A stretch of 64,000 nucleotides of DNA from Octopus vulgaris (GCA_951406725.2 OX597836.1:9114001-9178000); one strand, 5' to 3'; shown: positions 12,769 to 26,451, counted from the stretch's first letter. Notes: generated from the sequence alone by a model not told the origin. A program made the numbers and translations.

Positions 12769-12977
12769 CAAGGTGTCCATAAATTATCTTTACTATTCGA
12801 AAAATTCAGAAAATACTGAAAAATAAGAATAACTCTGCAGGGTTTATTGGAAAACATAGGCAAACAGAAACACATTTACGTGGGCTCCATTGGTTGCAAG
12901 GAAGTTGATTGGGGGATCCCAACTTTAACAAAGGCACTAAATTGTGAAAGTTGTAAAGATAATTTACGAACACCCTG
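12769..12977. mobile_element. Tc1/mariner MITE
   Basis: TIRs CAAGGTGTCCATAAATTATCTTTAC / GTAAAGATAATTTACGAACACCCTG, TA on both sides. Confidence 0.8.
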
Positions 12978-13004
12978 TATTTTCGTATCAGCACTTCCCA
13001 ATTG

Positions 13005-13199
13005 GTTTCATACCGGAAATTGAGATAATCCTAGCAATCATCAGATATAAATAAAAGGAAATGTATAGCGTGGGTTCTTTTCCACAACCCGATGTGACCG
13101 TTTCAGACGTCCGGTGGCAAAGAATCCACGCCATGCTTTTTCTTTCAGTTTTTTCTGATGATTGCTGGTGTTATCTCAAGTCTTGGTATGAAACTGGTA
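13005..13199. repeat. Diverged inverted repeat with a CTGATGA...GAAAC core in each arm
   Basis: Arms ~13005-13085 / 13113-13194. Plus-strand core at 13155-13199 ends GAAA-CTGG-TA. Stem I is poor. Confidence 0.6.
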
Positions 13200-13364
13200 C
13201 TAAAGGTAAAGTGAGTAATATGTGAATCTAATATTGCATTTTATATATGTATGTATGTATGTACGTACGAATGTTTGGATGGATGGGTGGATGGCTGGAT
13301 GGGTGGATAGGTGGAAGAATGGATGAACGGATGTAGATAGATAGATAGATAGATATTGATTGAT

Positions 13365-13414
<50 letters not shown>

Positions 13415-13578
13415 TGTGTGTGCGTGTTGAGTAGGTGTAGATTTGTATATATGTGTATGTGTTTGTGCAAGCACGCGTATGTATGAGTGTGTCAACGTCT
13501 GTGTGTCTGATTACAAGTATGTGTGTGCATGTGTTTCTATTTATGATTGTGTGTGTATATGTTTGTACGTGTATAAGC

Positions 13579-13686
<108 letters not shown>

Positions 13687-13775
13687 TATAAGAATAAGTC
13701 AAAGTGAGCAAGCAACAAAAGGAAGTTTACTTTGTGGCATCGAAATACCAAAAATATGCCAACTGTATTTAACAC

Positions 13776-13821
<46 letters not shown>

Positions 13822-14029
13822 CTACCACCACCTCCGATTACTCTATACTTATACTGTCTTCCTCTCTCTCTCTCTCACACACACACACGCGCGCACACAC
13901 ACTCACACTCTTACACATATATTCAGACACACCACCCACTCTATCCTCCCTTTTTTTTTGTTTTTTTGTCATCCATTCAACTTCTTCCATATCAGACAAT
14001 AAGAAACCCTTTCCGCTGCTAATCTCCCT

Positions 14030-14032
14030 CCT

Positions 14033-14094
<62 letters not shown>

Positions 14095-14554
14095 ACTTTC
14101 TGCCTAAATATTTACGTCTTTTTCACTCTGTAGTTGTTCCTTTCTTTTTATCTTTTTGTCTCTCTACGTCTTTCTCTCTCTCACTCTCTCTCTCTTTCTC
14201 TTCCTCTCTCTCATCCTCTCTCTCCCTCTCCCTCACCTCTCTCTCTTTCTTTCTCTCTCACTTTCTCTCTCCCTCTCTGTCTCTCTCAGTCTCTTACTTT
14301 CTCAGCCTCTCGCTCTTTCTGGGTCTCTCTCTTTCTCTCAGTCTCTTTCCCTCTCTCAGTCTCTCTCTCTTTTCTTTTTACTAAGTATTTGTATCCTTCC
14401 CCCCTCTCTCTCTCTCGCTTTCTCTTTCTGTCTCTTTCTCTCTCTCTCTCTCTCACTTTCTCTCTTTGTTACATTCTCTCTCCCTCTCTCACTCTACCTC
14501 TCAATCTCTCACTCTCTCTCTCAGGCTCTCTCTTTTCTTCTATGTATCTACATC

Positions 14555-14596
<42 letters not shown>

Positions 14597-14600
14597 TCTC
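14030..14600. repeat. Degenerate (CT)n polypyrimidine tract
   Basis: Directly visible. Confidence 0.9.
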
Positions 14601-15335
14601 CCCTCTTCCATCTTTAGCCACGGATGACTGTTCAAATTTGGAGAGAAAAAAAAAACGATAAAAAATGATAAAAATAAACACAAGAAAAAAAAAATCATTC
14701 TCCATTCTCTCTCCACCTACACACACAAAAACAAAAACAAAAACAAAACCCAAACAAACCCACGAAAAAAAATGGCATGTTATTCTCATTCTTCGAAGGG
14801 ATGTTGTCCTGCTTTCAGTGCGTCAACCAGCGGAAGAGAACCCTCCACCGATCGCTTCCCACGTTTCCACGATCAACACGAGAGAAACACGTTATTACCG
14901 CCTAAGCTCTCACCAGCGCAACCTTAACACAACGTACGCCATTACAATGGTCGCTGTCTTGCACAAATTATTTTGGTGATTTCCCGTCAAGCAACCGTCG
15001 TCTCGCAGTAAGTGTTACCAAATTCGTGACAGTCTTCAGCTCTCCAGTTACATATCATTAATTCAAGCTTAAAATTCCTTGAGAATATATATATCTGCAC
15101 AACAACAACAACAACAATGACGACAACAACAGGGGTAGAAGCAGCGGCAGCAGCAGTAGCAGCAGTTGCAACAACAACAGCGAGAAAACAAAGAATGGAA
15201 TAAGCAACAAGCAGAATATAGAGAGAAGGAAAAGAAAAAAGAAAAAGATTCTTTATTTTGGTTTTGTTGTTGTTCGTTTGTAAAATCTATTGTTCTTTTT
15301 TTCATTCATGTGTATATGTAGGTGTGTATGTATAC

Positions 15336-15373
<38 letters not shown>

Positions 15374-15422
15374 ATGTGTGTGTGTGAATATACATATATA
15401 TATATACAAACATACATATATG

Positions 15423-15518
<96 letters not shown>

Positions 15519-15662
15519 ACATATATATGTACATATATATGTATATATATACATATATATGTATATATATATACATACATATATATATATATAACATATA
15601 TATATATATAACATATATATGTACATATATATGTATATATATACATATATATGTATATATAT

Positions 15663-15713
<51 letters not shown>

Positions 15714-15849
15714 TACATACAATGTATGTACATATGTGTGTATGCACACAAACATATATGAATGCATATGTATGTGTGTGTGTAGTGTGTATAGATATAG
15801 ATATATGTATATCTGTGGATATCTAATTATATATATATATATATATATA

Positions 15850-15890
<41 letters not shown>

Positions 15891-16025
15891 TTGTTTTTGT
15901 TTCGGTTAGCTTAGTGGTAAAGTGTCTGCCAGATTATGTCGCAGGAAGTGTGATTTTTACTTCTGACAATTTATTTTTAACACACCACTCACGTGTATAT
16001 ATAGATATGTGTATATATAGATATG

Positions 16026-16119
<94 letters not shown>

Positions 16120-16197
16120 GATACATACAAACGTACAAGCCACAAATCATATATACGTGCACGCATAGAAATACTTATATGGGGTTATGTATACACG

Positions 16198-16229
<32 letters not shown>

Positions 16230-16619
16230 TACATACGATAATAAAGATATACTTGCATACATATACACATAGACACACAGACACAGATCTATATAGTTAG
16301 AGAGATAGATAGGACACCCCACCGAACAGCAAAGAGAGAAATGGGTGCATCGCATATGTACTCTATAGCGAAAATAATATAATAAGATTAGATAAAGACC
16401 TCTTGAATAGGTGCTCTGAACGTACAGCCGCTCATCATGGAATTGAGGGTAGCTGTACTAGCCTGCTTAACGAGAACCTTGAACAGCCAATATTCGTTGT
16501 CTCGCCAGACGATTATGCATTCGTTAATATGCCGCAAGCGAGAGAATACCATTAACATTGACAGGAATTGTAACCTCTCCTGGATCTGTGATAGATACTT
16601 TACATCTCACTTGAAAAGA

Positions 16620-16990
16620 TTCGCTTTTGCTGTTGCTGTTGAGCGAAGCGGTCTTCGTCCCAATGGGAGAAGTCCGAAACGTGGTCCTTTGCTACTCATA
16701 AGACCCGCAGAAGAGAAAGCAGGTCAACACCCGACGCCGAGAGCATCGACGGATGGATGAATGAATGCGCATCCAGGCTCAGCGGTTGCGTAGGAAGTCG
16801 GGGACAGGAAACAGGAAGAAAGAGTGAGAGAAAGTTGGAGCGAAAGAGCACAACAGGGGTCACCACCCACCTCCCTACCGGAGCCTCGTGGAGCTTTAGG
16901 TATTTTCGCTCAATAAACACAGACAATGCCCCGTCTGGGAATCGAAACCGTGAGTCCGCTGCCCTAATCACTGGGCCATTTCGCCTCCAC
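16620..16990 (-). mobile_element. SINE family B head with a third tail type
   Basis: Head and body match 19091. Sequence beyond TCTTCCTGTTTCCTGT differs. Confidence 0.7.
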
Positions 16991-17289
16991 CGCTTTTACT
17001 GTTCAAGGACAGGTGATAGCAAACTAAGTACCGGAACAACAGGACAAGGGTACCTTGATATTTCCAAACTGTGACAGAAAACTACGACTACTCCTTAACA
17101 GGTGGGAAGAGATTGCTCACATCAGCAGTAATCGTCATTGTGACCACAGTCGAACATTCCTCACGAAGTCTCTCTCCACAATTCACGAGTTTCTATTGCT
17201 CGTGATAGCTGCCCATTACTGAGCTTTGTATCGTCTGTCAGTTAATACGTATCGTCTGCGAGTTAATACGTATCGTCTGCCAGTTAATA

Positions 17290-17770
17290 CGTATCGTCTG
17301 CCAGTTAATGTTCGAGAAAGTCTTCCTCTCCTGCGTTTTCCGTGAGTTGGTTCCTACAATAATAGCTTCTGTAACTTCCTGCTTCTTTCTCCTGCAATGT
17401 CCTGCAAATCGTAATCGTCTTTGAACAAATGTATTTCTTATCTTGAGTAAGTTTCCGTATAAACTTTTATTTGTAATATGTTGACGCCAAGTCATGCTTT
17501 GTACAACCCTAAGTACTTAAGTGTATGCACCAACTAGTTTCTTCTCAAATGTTTGTGTCGTCAGGGCCAATGTACGTGATCCATACAACAACAGACTCAA
17601 CAGATGTTCTGAAGAATAATATTTTGATCTTTCTGGATAGCTCTGACTTCCATATCTTTTCCATTTTGTTCATTGCAGCAGCCCAGGCTTTGGTAATCGT
17701 AATGTCAATGTCGTTTTTTGATGAACTTATCCAGCTGCCCAAATATAGAAAATCATCAACTCGATTTAGT
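17290..17770 (-). pseudogene. Decayed RTE-group LINE ORF2 C-terminus
   Basis: YLGSWISSSKNDIDITITKAWAA..KIWKSELSRKIKILFFRTSVES.. and TWRQHITNKSLYG..RRLRFAGHC. Confidence 0.8.
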
Positions 17771-18372
17771 ATAACAGTTGGTGAGTTTCGCTTACTTCTC
17801 GTAAGCGAAACATCATTAGTAGCTATTCAAAAAATATTTGTAAAGCACTACTTTTTCTATTAGACATGACATTGTCGCTTTGCCGTTTTTACAATCAGTT
17901 AGCATGAAGAATTGAAGCGGCAGCTATATCAGAGGCACATGAAATCTAGAAGATATACACACTTCAAAAATAAAGGAAGCAGATGAAGAATTCCAATAAA
18001 ATCAAGAATTCAGTATTAACACAACAAGCCAGATATTGTTCTATGGGACAAGGAGCAAAAACCCTACACTTTTGTAGAGATCAGCCAACCGGTGGTGGAT
18101 GTGAATGTCTCATCAAAAGTTAGAGAAAGGAGAATATGGTGAACCAACGATAAGCTTACAGCTCTTGTATCTCGGTAACAGGTTATCATTTATGCCTGCT
18201 ATCATAAGAGCAATATTATCGATTTGTGCTTGTTATCGTTCGCATAAATGATAATGTTGTTATACAGAATATTACGTCACCTTTTTTCAGGAACACCTTA
18301 ATATATTTGTGAACAGTCAACAGCGTTGGAGAGCATAAATATTAAAGTTGTAGTTGAGAAACAGTTAGCTAA

Positions 18373-18600
18373 CATGGAGGACTGGAAGCCATCTGAATAT
18401 TGGTAAAGAGTTACTCGTATCATGAATGATTTACGGCCGGTATCAAAATGCCGACATCACGACTGTTGCTCAATGCTCTGTGAACATCGTAAAAACTATT
18501 AGTCGTGACATGGACTGCCGCAACGGAGACTACGAAGCCTCGGGAAGCAGGAAGGGACACAGCAAGCGTTCATTTGTCCGAAAGAACATCGGATGAAAAT
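18373..18600 (+). pseudogene. Possible decayed Tc1-like transposase N-terminus
   Basis: MEDWKPSEYW*..VAQCSVNIVKTISRDMD..GDYEA..RK resembles an HTH region. Broken frame, weak match. Confidence 0.3.
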
Positions 18601-19090
18601 GAGCTCGCATCATCTCTTTGTGATCTAAATTCAGATACGATTGAGATGAACTTAGGATTTGTTCCTCGTTGGACCCTGGCCAATGAAAATAAAACACCAA
18701 TGAACTAGTAAGTTACTGAAAAGCAAGAGCGAATCGAAAGACGATTTTTATAACGTAATCGTCACTTCCCTACCAAACACAAATACACTAAAACACTTGG
18801 GTCATGAATCAAGTGGTGAAGATGCACCTTCTAATGGTTCGGCCGTTGCACTCACAAACGCAAGATTGCGGTTTCAATTCCCAGACCGGATGATGCGTTA
18901 TGTTCTAGATAAAAACACTTCTTTTCACGTTGCTGTAGTTTTCTCAGCAGTAAATAAGCAACACTGCAACAAACTGGTGTCCCGTTCAGAGGGAGCGAAT
19001 GTTGTGATCGCGATCATTTATACGCAACGGAAATCGGTTAAGCGACCCTAAGATTAACGAGACTCAATACAGTGATACCCAGAGGACTTT

Positions 19091-19476
19091 GTGGAGGCGC
19101 AATGGCCCAGTGGTTAAGGCAGCGGATTCGCGGTCATAGGATCGCGGTTTCGATTCCCAGACCGGGCGTTGTGAGTGTTTATTGAGCGAAAACACTTAAA
19201 GCTCCACGAGGCTCCGGCAGGGGATGGTGGTGGTCCCTGCTGTACTCTTTCACCACAATTTTCTCTAACTCTTACTTCCTGTTTCTGTTGTACCTGTATT
19301 TCAAAGGACCGGCCTTGTCACTCTCTGTGTCACGCTAAATATCCCCGAGAACTACGTTAAGGGTACACGTGTCTGTGGAGTGCTCAGCCACTTACACGTT
19401 AATTTCACGAGCAAGCTGTTCCGTTGATTCGGATCAACCGGAACCCTCGTCGTCGTAACCGACGGAGTGCTTCCAC
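19091..19476 (+). mobile_element. SINE family B, full length
   Basis: A box TGGCCCAGTGG, B box GGTTTCGATTCC, TSD ACCCAGAGGACTTT. Confidence 0.92.
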
Positions 19477-19864
19477 ACCCAGAGGACTTTTGCTTTTACC
19501 TATATCAAGTAATAAAGAACTCAATCGTTATTTATTTATATGGAAAGGTCGAGGTTTGGAATCTGAAAACAATCAAATGCAGACGTTGCATTACGAACAT
19601 TCGAAAGGCCTTATGTTTCAAACAGAAAGTACCGTAAATAATTATGTAAGTCCATAATTCTTGCGCAAGTTTACGTAGCTGTTTCCGAAATGTCTACAGC
19701 TGAAAGCTTACAAGACTGAGGCAGATGTTGTGTGTGTGTATATATTGCTGCTTCCCCACACTGACACGAATTGAGGCTGAAAACGGTTAGAACTTTTAAT
19801 AACAAAAAACCGCAAATTTCGACAGCCGACATTTTGAATCGGAAACCATTGTTATTGTTGTCGG

Positions 19865-20160
19865 AGGTGGTGGTGGTGGTGGTGGTGGTGGTGGTGGTGG
19901 TGGTGGTCCTGCTTCTGCTGCTGCTGGTGTTATTGATGATGATGATGATGATGATGTCGGCGACGACGACGATGATGATGATAGTGGTAGTGGTAGTGGT
20001 GGTAGTAGTAGTGGTGGTGGTGGTGGTAGTGGTGGTGGTGGTGGTGGTGCTGCTGCTGCTGCTGCTGCTAGCGATGATTGTGATGATGACCATGAGGATG
20101 AGGATGATGATAGTTGTGGTGGTGCTGATGAGTGTGGTGGTAGTGGTGGTAGTTGTTGGC
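19865..20160. repeat. Compound trinucleotide repeat (GGT/GAT/GCT/AGT)
   Basis: Directly visible. Confidence 0.9.
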
Positions 20161-20674
20161 ATTATTGCTGATGGCGGTGATAGCAGCGGTTGTGGCAGCG
20201 GTTTGTGATGGAGATGTTGTTTCCGTTGTTGCGATCGTGGTCGCTCGCCCACTCTAGATCTGCGAAGGATCAACCATTCAAAGTACTTCTCACTCACGAG
20301 AAGAAACAAATGTGCGAACACAACAAAATTATGCACACACACACACACGCACACACACACACACACACACACGCATACGCACACACACACACACGTACAC
20401 ACACATGGACACATATTCAGCTGCAAAATAATATAAATGATTCTCAAAGCACAAAGGCACCGGTCACTGAGTCGCTTATAATTCTACAGCCGAAAATTTA
20501 AAAAAAAAAACTTGTGTGGTAACAATCTTGCTTCCTAACCACATGGTTTTGGGTTCAGTCCAATTGTTGTGACACCTTGGGCAAGTGTCTTCTTCTATAG
20601 CTTCGGGCCAACCCAGAGCCTTGTAAATTAATTTGGTAGACAGAAACTGAAAGAAGCCGGTCGTTTTATATATA

Positions 20675-20903
20675 CGAGGGGCGTTCAATAAGTAATGCCC
20701 CTGACCCACTTCCCATAGCAGTAGAGCAACGACACTTGGCACAGTAATTAGTCTTTTCCTACATAGGAACTACCCAGAGTTATGCATTTCTCCCATCGTT
20801 TGATACAGGTATAAATAGAGGTATAAATAAGTGCACATGCAAAATTTCAGCTAGATCAAACAACTGCAAGTGGGTCAGGGGCATTACTTATTGAACGCCC
20901 CTC

Positions 20904-20904
<1 letters not shown>
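20675..20904. mobile_element. Young mariner-type MITE
   Basis: Perfect 37-bp TIR CGAGGGGCGTTCAATAAGTAATGCCCCTGACCCACTT with TA TSD, inserted at the (TA)n tail of a family D SINE (20512-20665). Confidence 0.92.
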
Positions 20905-20940
<36 letters not shown>

Positions 20941-21124
20941 AAATATTATTGTTTAGGGAATAACAATTCCGGCATAACAGAGGTTCAAATTATTCTCAAT
21001 GAAGAAATATATTTTAATTTAGAGATAGTAGGCCCCTACATCTCACCATATAAAAAGAATTTTTATTTAAAATACCTACTGTTTTATTACCTGGCAACAC
21101 GGTCAGTATATCAACACAAAAAAA

Positions 21125-21426
21125 AGATGCAAATATAAATTGCGAAAGCAAAAATCTACTATATGAAACACCCAAATTGTGGAGAAATATATATATATTG
21201 ACCAGACGGGAAGCTCATGATCAGAACACACACAAGTACATCGCCAACAAATAAGGCACCCTGGTGTTTATCAGATCCCATTAAGCAATCGTTTAGAAAA
21301 ATGTAGTAAGAAAATGTTTTTAATATTCCCATTTTACAAACTTCGCGATTCAAGTGGACTTGGAAGAAGAGTAAAGGAAAAATAACTTTATTGAGAAAGT
21401 TTAAACCCGTTTTGAATGAACAATAA
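21125..21426 (+). pseudogene. Decayed GIY-YIG endonuclease of a second PLE family
   Basis: DANINCESKNLLY..NCGEIYI..QTG..VHRQQIRHP..LSNRLEKC..FLIFPFYK..RRVKE..RKFKPVLNEQ*, with frameshifts. Confidence 0.8.
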
Positions 21427-22722
21427 CAACAACAACAATAATAATTTTACTCAAAATCTGTTGTAATTTTGACAGTGTTATTAATCCGAATTTTCACTTA
21501 ATTTCATTTTTAAAATATTTATGGCGGTACCAGTAATATCAGATGTTTCTGAACATCTGATTGTAGCCAAATCTTCTATCGGTGTCTTTGATTGGTTTAA
21601 ACGTTTCTATGATTAAGCGTTGTCAATGTCAAATATAACCGCGTTCATTAAACAGTGACGCCTAGACTGCACGCTGGTTTATTAAAAGCTTGTTTTTAAA
21701 CTTCAGCCTACTGAAGCCTGTCGGAAAGTACTTAAAGAATAAAGTCGGTCATACGTGCCTAAGTCATTGTTCAGTTTTATTTCAAGATTTCTTGCTAATA
21801 GAGAAAGAACCGGTTTCTAACCTAGATTTAAGGCTCCTTCATTGGAATTTCAACATCAACAACAGGGTATATTTGTATGTATGTATGTATGTATGTATGT
21901 ATGTATGTATGAATGTATGTATGTATGTATGTATGTATGAATGTATGCACGTATGTATATGTGTTTTGCTTTATGTATGTATTCTCATGCATATAGTTGC
22001 ATATATGTATGTATATATGTATATATATATATATATATGTATATATGCATGTGTGCGCATGTATAATATATTCACTTACATGTATATTGATATATATATC
22101 ATTCATTCTCTGTATCTATTAGTGTGTGCGTACGTACGTGTGTGTGTGTGTGTGTGTGTGTACGTACATGCGTACGTGTGTGTGTGTTTGTTTGTTTGTT
22201 CTGTGTGTTTGATGTTTCTATTCAAGTAAGAAAGGAAAAGAATTTTTCTTACAAAGTTCCCGTCGGGTCTCCGATGTTTCTCAAGTAAATATTCACAATG
22301 GAAAAAGCCAAGTCAGAAAGTGAAATCTGCGGACTTCAAACAAACGTGTAAACATGTTTCATTCCATATATGGTTGTGTGTTTGTGTGTATTTCTATCTG
22401 TGTATCTGTGTGTGTGTGTGTGTTTTCTGTGTGTGTGTGTCAACGTTCGTTATATAAGACCAGTATGATGTATATGCACAAACAAATATAAATAATATAT
22501 AATGTCCTTGACTGAATCTGTAACTATATATACATATATATATTCCTTTTTTTAACAAAACATACATATATATATATATAGGCGCAGGTGTGGCCTGTGT
22601 GGTAAGGAGCTTTCTTCCCAACAACAACATGGTTCCAGGTTCAGTCCCATTGCATGGCACCTCTGGCCATGCAATTCACCTAGTGAATGGCTTTGATAGA
22701 CGGAAACTGAAAGAAGCCCGTC

Positions 22723-22773
<51 letters not shown>

Positions 22774-22979
22774 GTGTGTGTGTGTGTGTGTGTGTACTAG
22801 CTTAAAAGCCACCCAATCGGGCAATCGGGCAAGTATATAGGTTTTAAGCAACAAGCCCCGAATGGGAAAGATCTGCAAACAGATCTCTGACTTGTTTTCT
22901 TGAATTTGTTGTAATTGCTTCTTCCAGAGTCATATCCCAATGAGGATCATATTCGCTGCAAAAAAAAATCATGTAAAAA

Positions 22980-23228
22980 AATCGCCGAAAACATAGGAAT
23001 CTAAAATTTCCGTATTACAGGTCCGGATTCGGCCCGGAATGTTTTTAATTTACTCACGGAGTTATTCTTTAGATTATAAAAATTGTTATCACACAAAAAA
23101 AAATTGTCGCAAAAAGTCACGTAAAAAAACGCCGAAAACAATTAGAGTAAGGAAAACTTGAGAATCCAAAATTTTAGGATTGTGGGTCCGGATTCGGCCC
23201 GGAATGTTTTTAACTTACTCACGGAGTC
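22980..23228. repeat. Partial tandem duplication (~148-bp spacing) within a possible Helitron-like repeat (~22796-23330)
   Basis: GGTCCGGATTCGGCCCGGAATGTTTTTAA occurs twice. Confidence 0.6.
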
Positions 23229-23420
23229 AGCCTGATTCCAAAATGGCATATGTTGGGCTACGGCCTGTAGGTGTAGAGTAGGAATAATGTGACACACTGA
23301 CACACTAATATTCACATTCCTTATATTATATTATTACAAACAATTGCAGCGTGGAAGGTATTTATAAGCCATTTAAAAACACAGAAAAACCATTATATTC
23401 ACTTCAACATTTAAATTTAA

Positions 23421-23471
23421 TTTGTCAAAATATTTTCGTCGCTTTGAAACCGCGACCTGTTCACTGACAAA
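23421..23471 (-). ncRNA. Hammerhead variant with G3:C8 swap
   Basis: TTTGTCA-GTGAACA-g-GTCGC-ggtttcaaa-GCGAC-GAAA-ATAT-TT^TGACAAA. 7-bp stem I, 5-bp stem II. Confidence 0.72.
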
Positions 23472-23504
23472 ATTCCGTGCTGCAATATTATTATATTATA
23501 TTCA

Positions 23505-23882
23505 GGCGGCGAGCTGGCAGAAACGTTAGCACGCCGGGCGAAATGCGTAGCCGTATTTCGTCTGCCGTTACGTTATGAGTTCAAATTCCGCCGAGGTCGA
23601 CTTTGACTTTCATCCTTCCGGGGTCGATAAATTAAGTACCAGTTACGCACTGGAGGCGATATAATCAGCTTAATCCGTTTGTCTGTCCTTGTTTGTCCTC
23701 TGTGTGTTTAGCCCCTTGTGGGTAGTAAAGAAATAGATATAATCGACTTAATCTGTTTGACTGTCCTTGTTTGTCCTCTCTGTGTTTAGCCCCTTGTGGG
23801 TAGTAAAGAAATAGGTATTTCGTCTGCCGTTACGTTCTGAGTTCAAATTCCGCCGAGGTCGACTTTGCCTTTCATCCTTTCC
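23505..23882 (+). mobile_element. SINE family A with partial tandem extensions
   Basis: Full unit followed by repeated tail and body segments. Confidence 0.88.
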
Positions 23883-24073
23883 AACACGAACCACCGACGG
23901 CTCGACAGATAGAAATGTCTCAGTTCACTTTTAGTCACGTGGGGTTGTGGTTGGAATCCTTCCACAACAAACTTCCAAACTGTCTTCACGTCCCGTCTGC
24001 ATTCTGCAAGCAAGTCAGTAGTGAACAGGCAGTGTCTAGTAGGATATATTCAAAGTGCTGTTACAGCCCTATC

Positions 24074-24463
24074 GTGAAGACGCAATGGCCCAGTGGTTAG
24101 GGCAGCGGATTCGCGGTCATAGGATCGCGGTTTCGATTCCCAGACCGGGCGTTGTGAGTGTTTATTGAGCGAAAACACTTAAAAAAGCTCCACGAGGCTC
24201 CGGCAGGGGATGGTGGTGATCCCTGCTGTACTCTTTCACCACAACTTTCTCTCACTCTTACTTCCTGTTTCTGTTGTACCTGTATTTCAAGGGGCCGGCC
24301 TTGTCACTCTCTGTGTCACGCTGAATATCCCCGAGAACTACGTTAGGGGTGCACGTGTCTGTGGAGTGCTCAGCCACTTACACGTTAATTTCACGAGCAG
24401 GCTGTTCCGTTGATTCGGATCAACCGGAACCCTCGTCGTCGTCGTAACCGACGGAGTGCTTCC
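24074..24463 (+). mobile_element. SINE family B
   Basis: Near-identical to 19091. TSD ACAGCCCTATC. Confidence 0.92.
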
Positions 24464-25122
24464 ACAGCCCTATCCTTCGATCTAGAATAACAAAAGTTGG
24501 CAGGTCAGCTTATTAGATGTATAAGAGTGATACACTAAAGTCACAAAAATCTAGGACAGTCATAACTGCCTCTCCTAATAAAGTCTCAAAACTTCTGGAA
24601 TGCATCAGTCTCTCACCTTGATTTGTTTTGACAAAAAAAAAACAGCTGAAAAGCCGCAAGTTCATTGTTTGTAATCAACACTCGCACAAATCTCGCAAGG
24701 ACTAAAACTACCACACCTGCCTTTGTCGTATATTTCTCAGCACTCAGGTAACATCGTCATCGTTCCTTAGGAATTCCTAGTACAACGTCTTCGTTTGAGA
24801 AAAATCCTTTCTTTATTTGTTTTGAAGCTTTTTTTTGTTTTTGGTTTTTTTTGGGGTTTTTTTGTCATTTTTTCTTAGAATAAAAAGCAAAACAAAATTC
24901 ACGTCATTGTGTCAGTAAAAGAATGTCAATAAACAAACAAACACACACACACACATATATCATATAAAAGCGGGAACCTTTAACAGGACACTTTACATGC
25001 TAGAAAGGGCAGTTAAAACCCAAACCACGAATAAGAGTAATTTCAAAGGGAATAAAAAATAAAAAATATTTCTATAGTTACCCTTTATACTCGACTTTCT
25101 GCATCCGTGCTTCTTCAGTATG

Positions 25123-25181
<59 letters not shown>

Positions 25182-25185
<4 letters not shown>

Positions 25186-25334
25186 TTGAAATTTACTGAA
25201 AAACAAAAGACGAATACATGTGTATAAACAACAAGCAGGTGTGTTAGTTTGACGCTCGGGAAGGTGAGAAAGTCGTTCACCTTTCGAGCCTACGCTCTTC
25301 AATAGAAAGGAACACGGGGAAATAAACAGAGAGA

Positions 25335-25335
<1 letters not shown>
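25182..25335 (-). mobile_element. Short HHR-bearing element (A6U family), degenerate
   Basis: TTTCGAGCCTACGCTCTTCAA shared with 8981 and 33781. Confidence 0.6.
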
Positions 25336-25385
<50 letters not shown>

Positions 25386-25388
<3 letters not shown>

Positions 25389-25625
25389 AAAAAAAAGTCA
25401 AGATAGGAAATGCTAAAGTAATTTTATAAAAAGCATTTCAGTACCGGTTTCAGTCATTGAGACTTTTTTAATTATAAGTATGGAAAACAATTAAATTTTG
25501 GAAAAATTAAAAGAAAAGTTTTTTTAAAAGAATATTTGCATAGTATTCAAATACAAGGGCCATTTTCCTTATTTCTGCCTGTCTCTGCCTCTCTTGTTTA
25601 TTCTTGTGGGTTCGAGGTCGTTGTG
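25386..25625 (-). mobile_element. PLE-pLTR-like element between (AT)n tracts
   Basis: Inverted homologue of 1-250. Confidence 0.6.
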
Positions 25626-25628
25626 TGT

Positions 25629-25716
<88 letters not shown>

Positions 25717-25720
<4 letters not shown>

Positions 25721-26092
25721 AGGCGCAATGGCCCAGTGGTTAGGGCAGCGGACTCGCGGTCATAGGATCGCGGTTTCGATTCCCAGACCGGGCGTTGTGA
25801 GTGTTTATTGAGCGAAAACACCTAAAAAGCTCCACGAGGCTCCGGCAGGGGATGGTGGTGATCCCTGCTGTACTGTTTCACCACAACTTTCTCTCACTCT
25901 TACTTCCTGTTTCTGTTGTACCTGTATTTCAAGGGGCACTCTCTGTGTCACGCTGAATATCCCCGAGAACTACGTTAAGGGTACACGTGTCTGTGGAGTG
26001 CTCAGCCACTTACACGTTAATTTCACGAGCAGGCTGTTCCGTTGATTCGGATCAACCGGAACCCTCATCGTCGTAACCGACGGAGTGCTTCC
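25717..26092 (+). mobile_element. SINE family B
   Basis: Near-identical to 24074, with a small deletion. Confidence 0.92.
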
Positions 26093-26386
26093 ATATATAT
26101 ATATATATATATTTGTCTGCCGTTTCTTAATATGCAATGGTTTTTAGCGTTGACAGAGGACAAACGTTACAGGTTTGATTACTGCTTTAATCAAAACACC
26201 GATACTTCCCTGCCACGCATCGTATATCAATCTCTAAAGCCTTTCACTCCTTCTTCCCCCTCCCATTTACTAATCTGTGTGTCATCACTGCTGTGATGAC
26301 AGTGACGGGGTAGCAGTGAGGAAGACAGATTGATAGTGATAGAGAGATTGCATGTATTTTATGTGTGTGAATATCTCTGTGCCTAT

Positions 26387-26451
<65 letters not shown>

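Noticed and set aside
14820-15007. Possible exon (TTTCAG acceptor, GTAAGT donor)
   Set aside because: The frame I translated hits a stop and there is no recognisable protein. A UTR exon cannot be excluded without RNA data.
17228-17310. Four 21-bp direct repeats resembling a CRISPR array
   Set aside because: No spacers. It is a tandem duplication at the end of an RTE remnant in eukaryotic DNA.
19093-19165. tRNA-like sequence
   Set aside because: It is the head of a multi-copy SINE with TSDs, not a tRNA gene.
19671-20447. 258-aa ORF
   Set aside because: Built from compound trinucleotide and (GT)n repeats.
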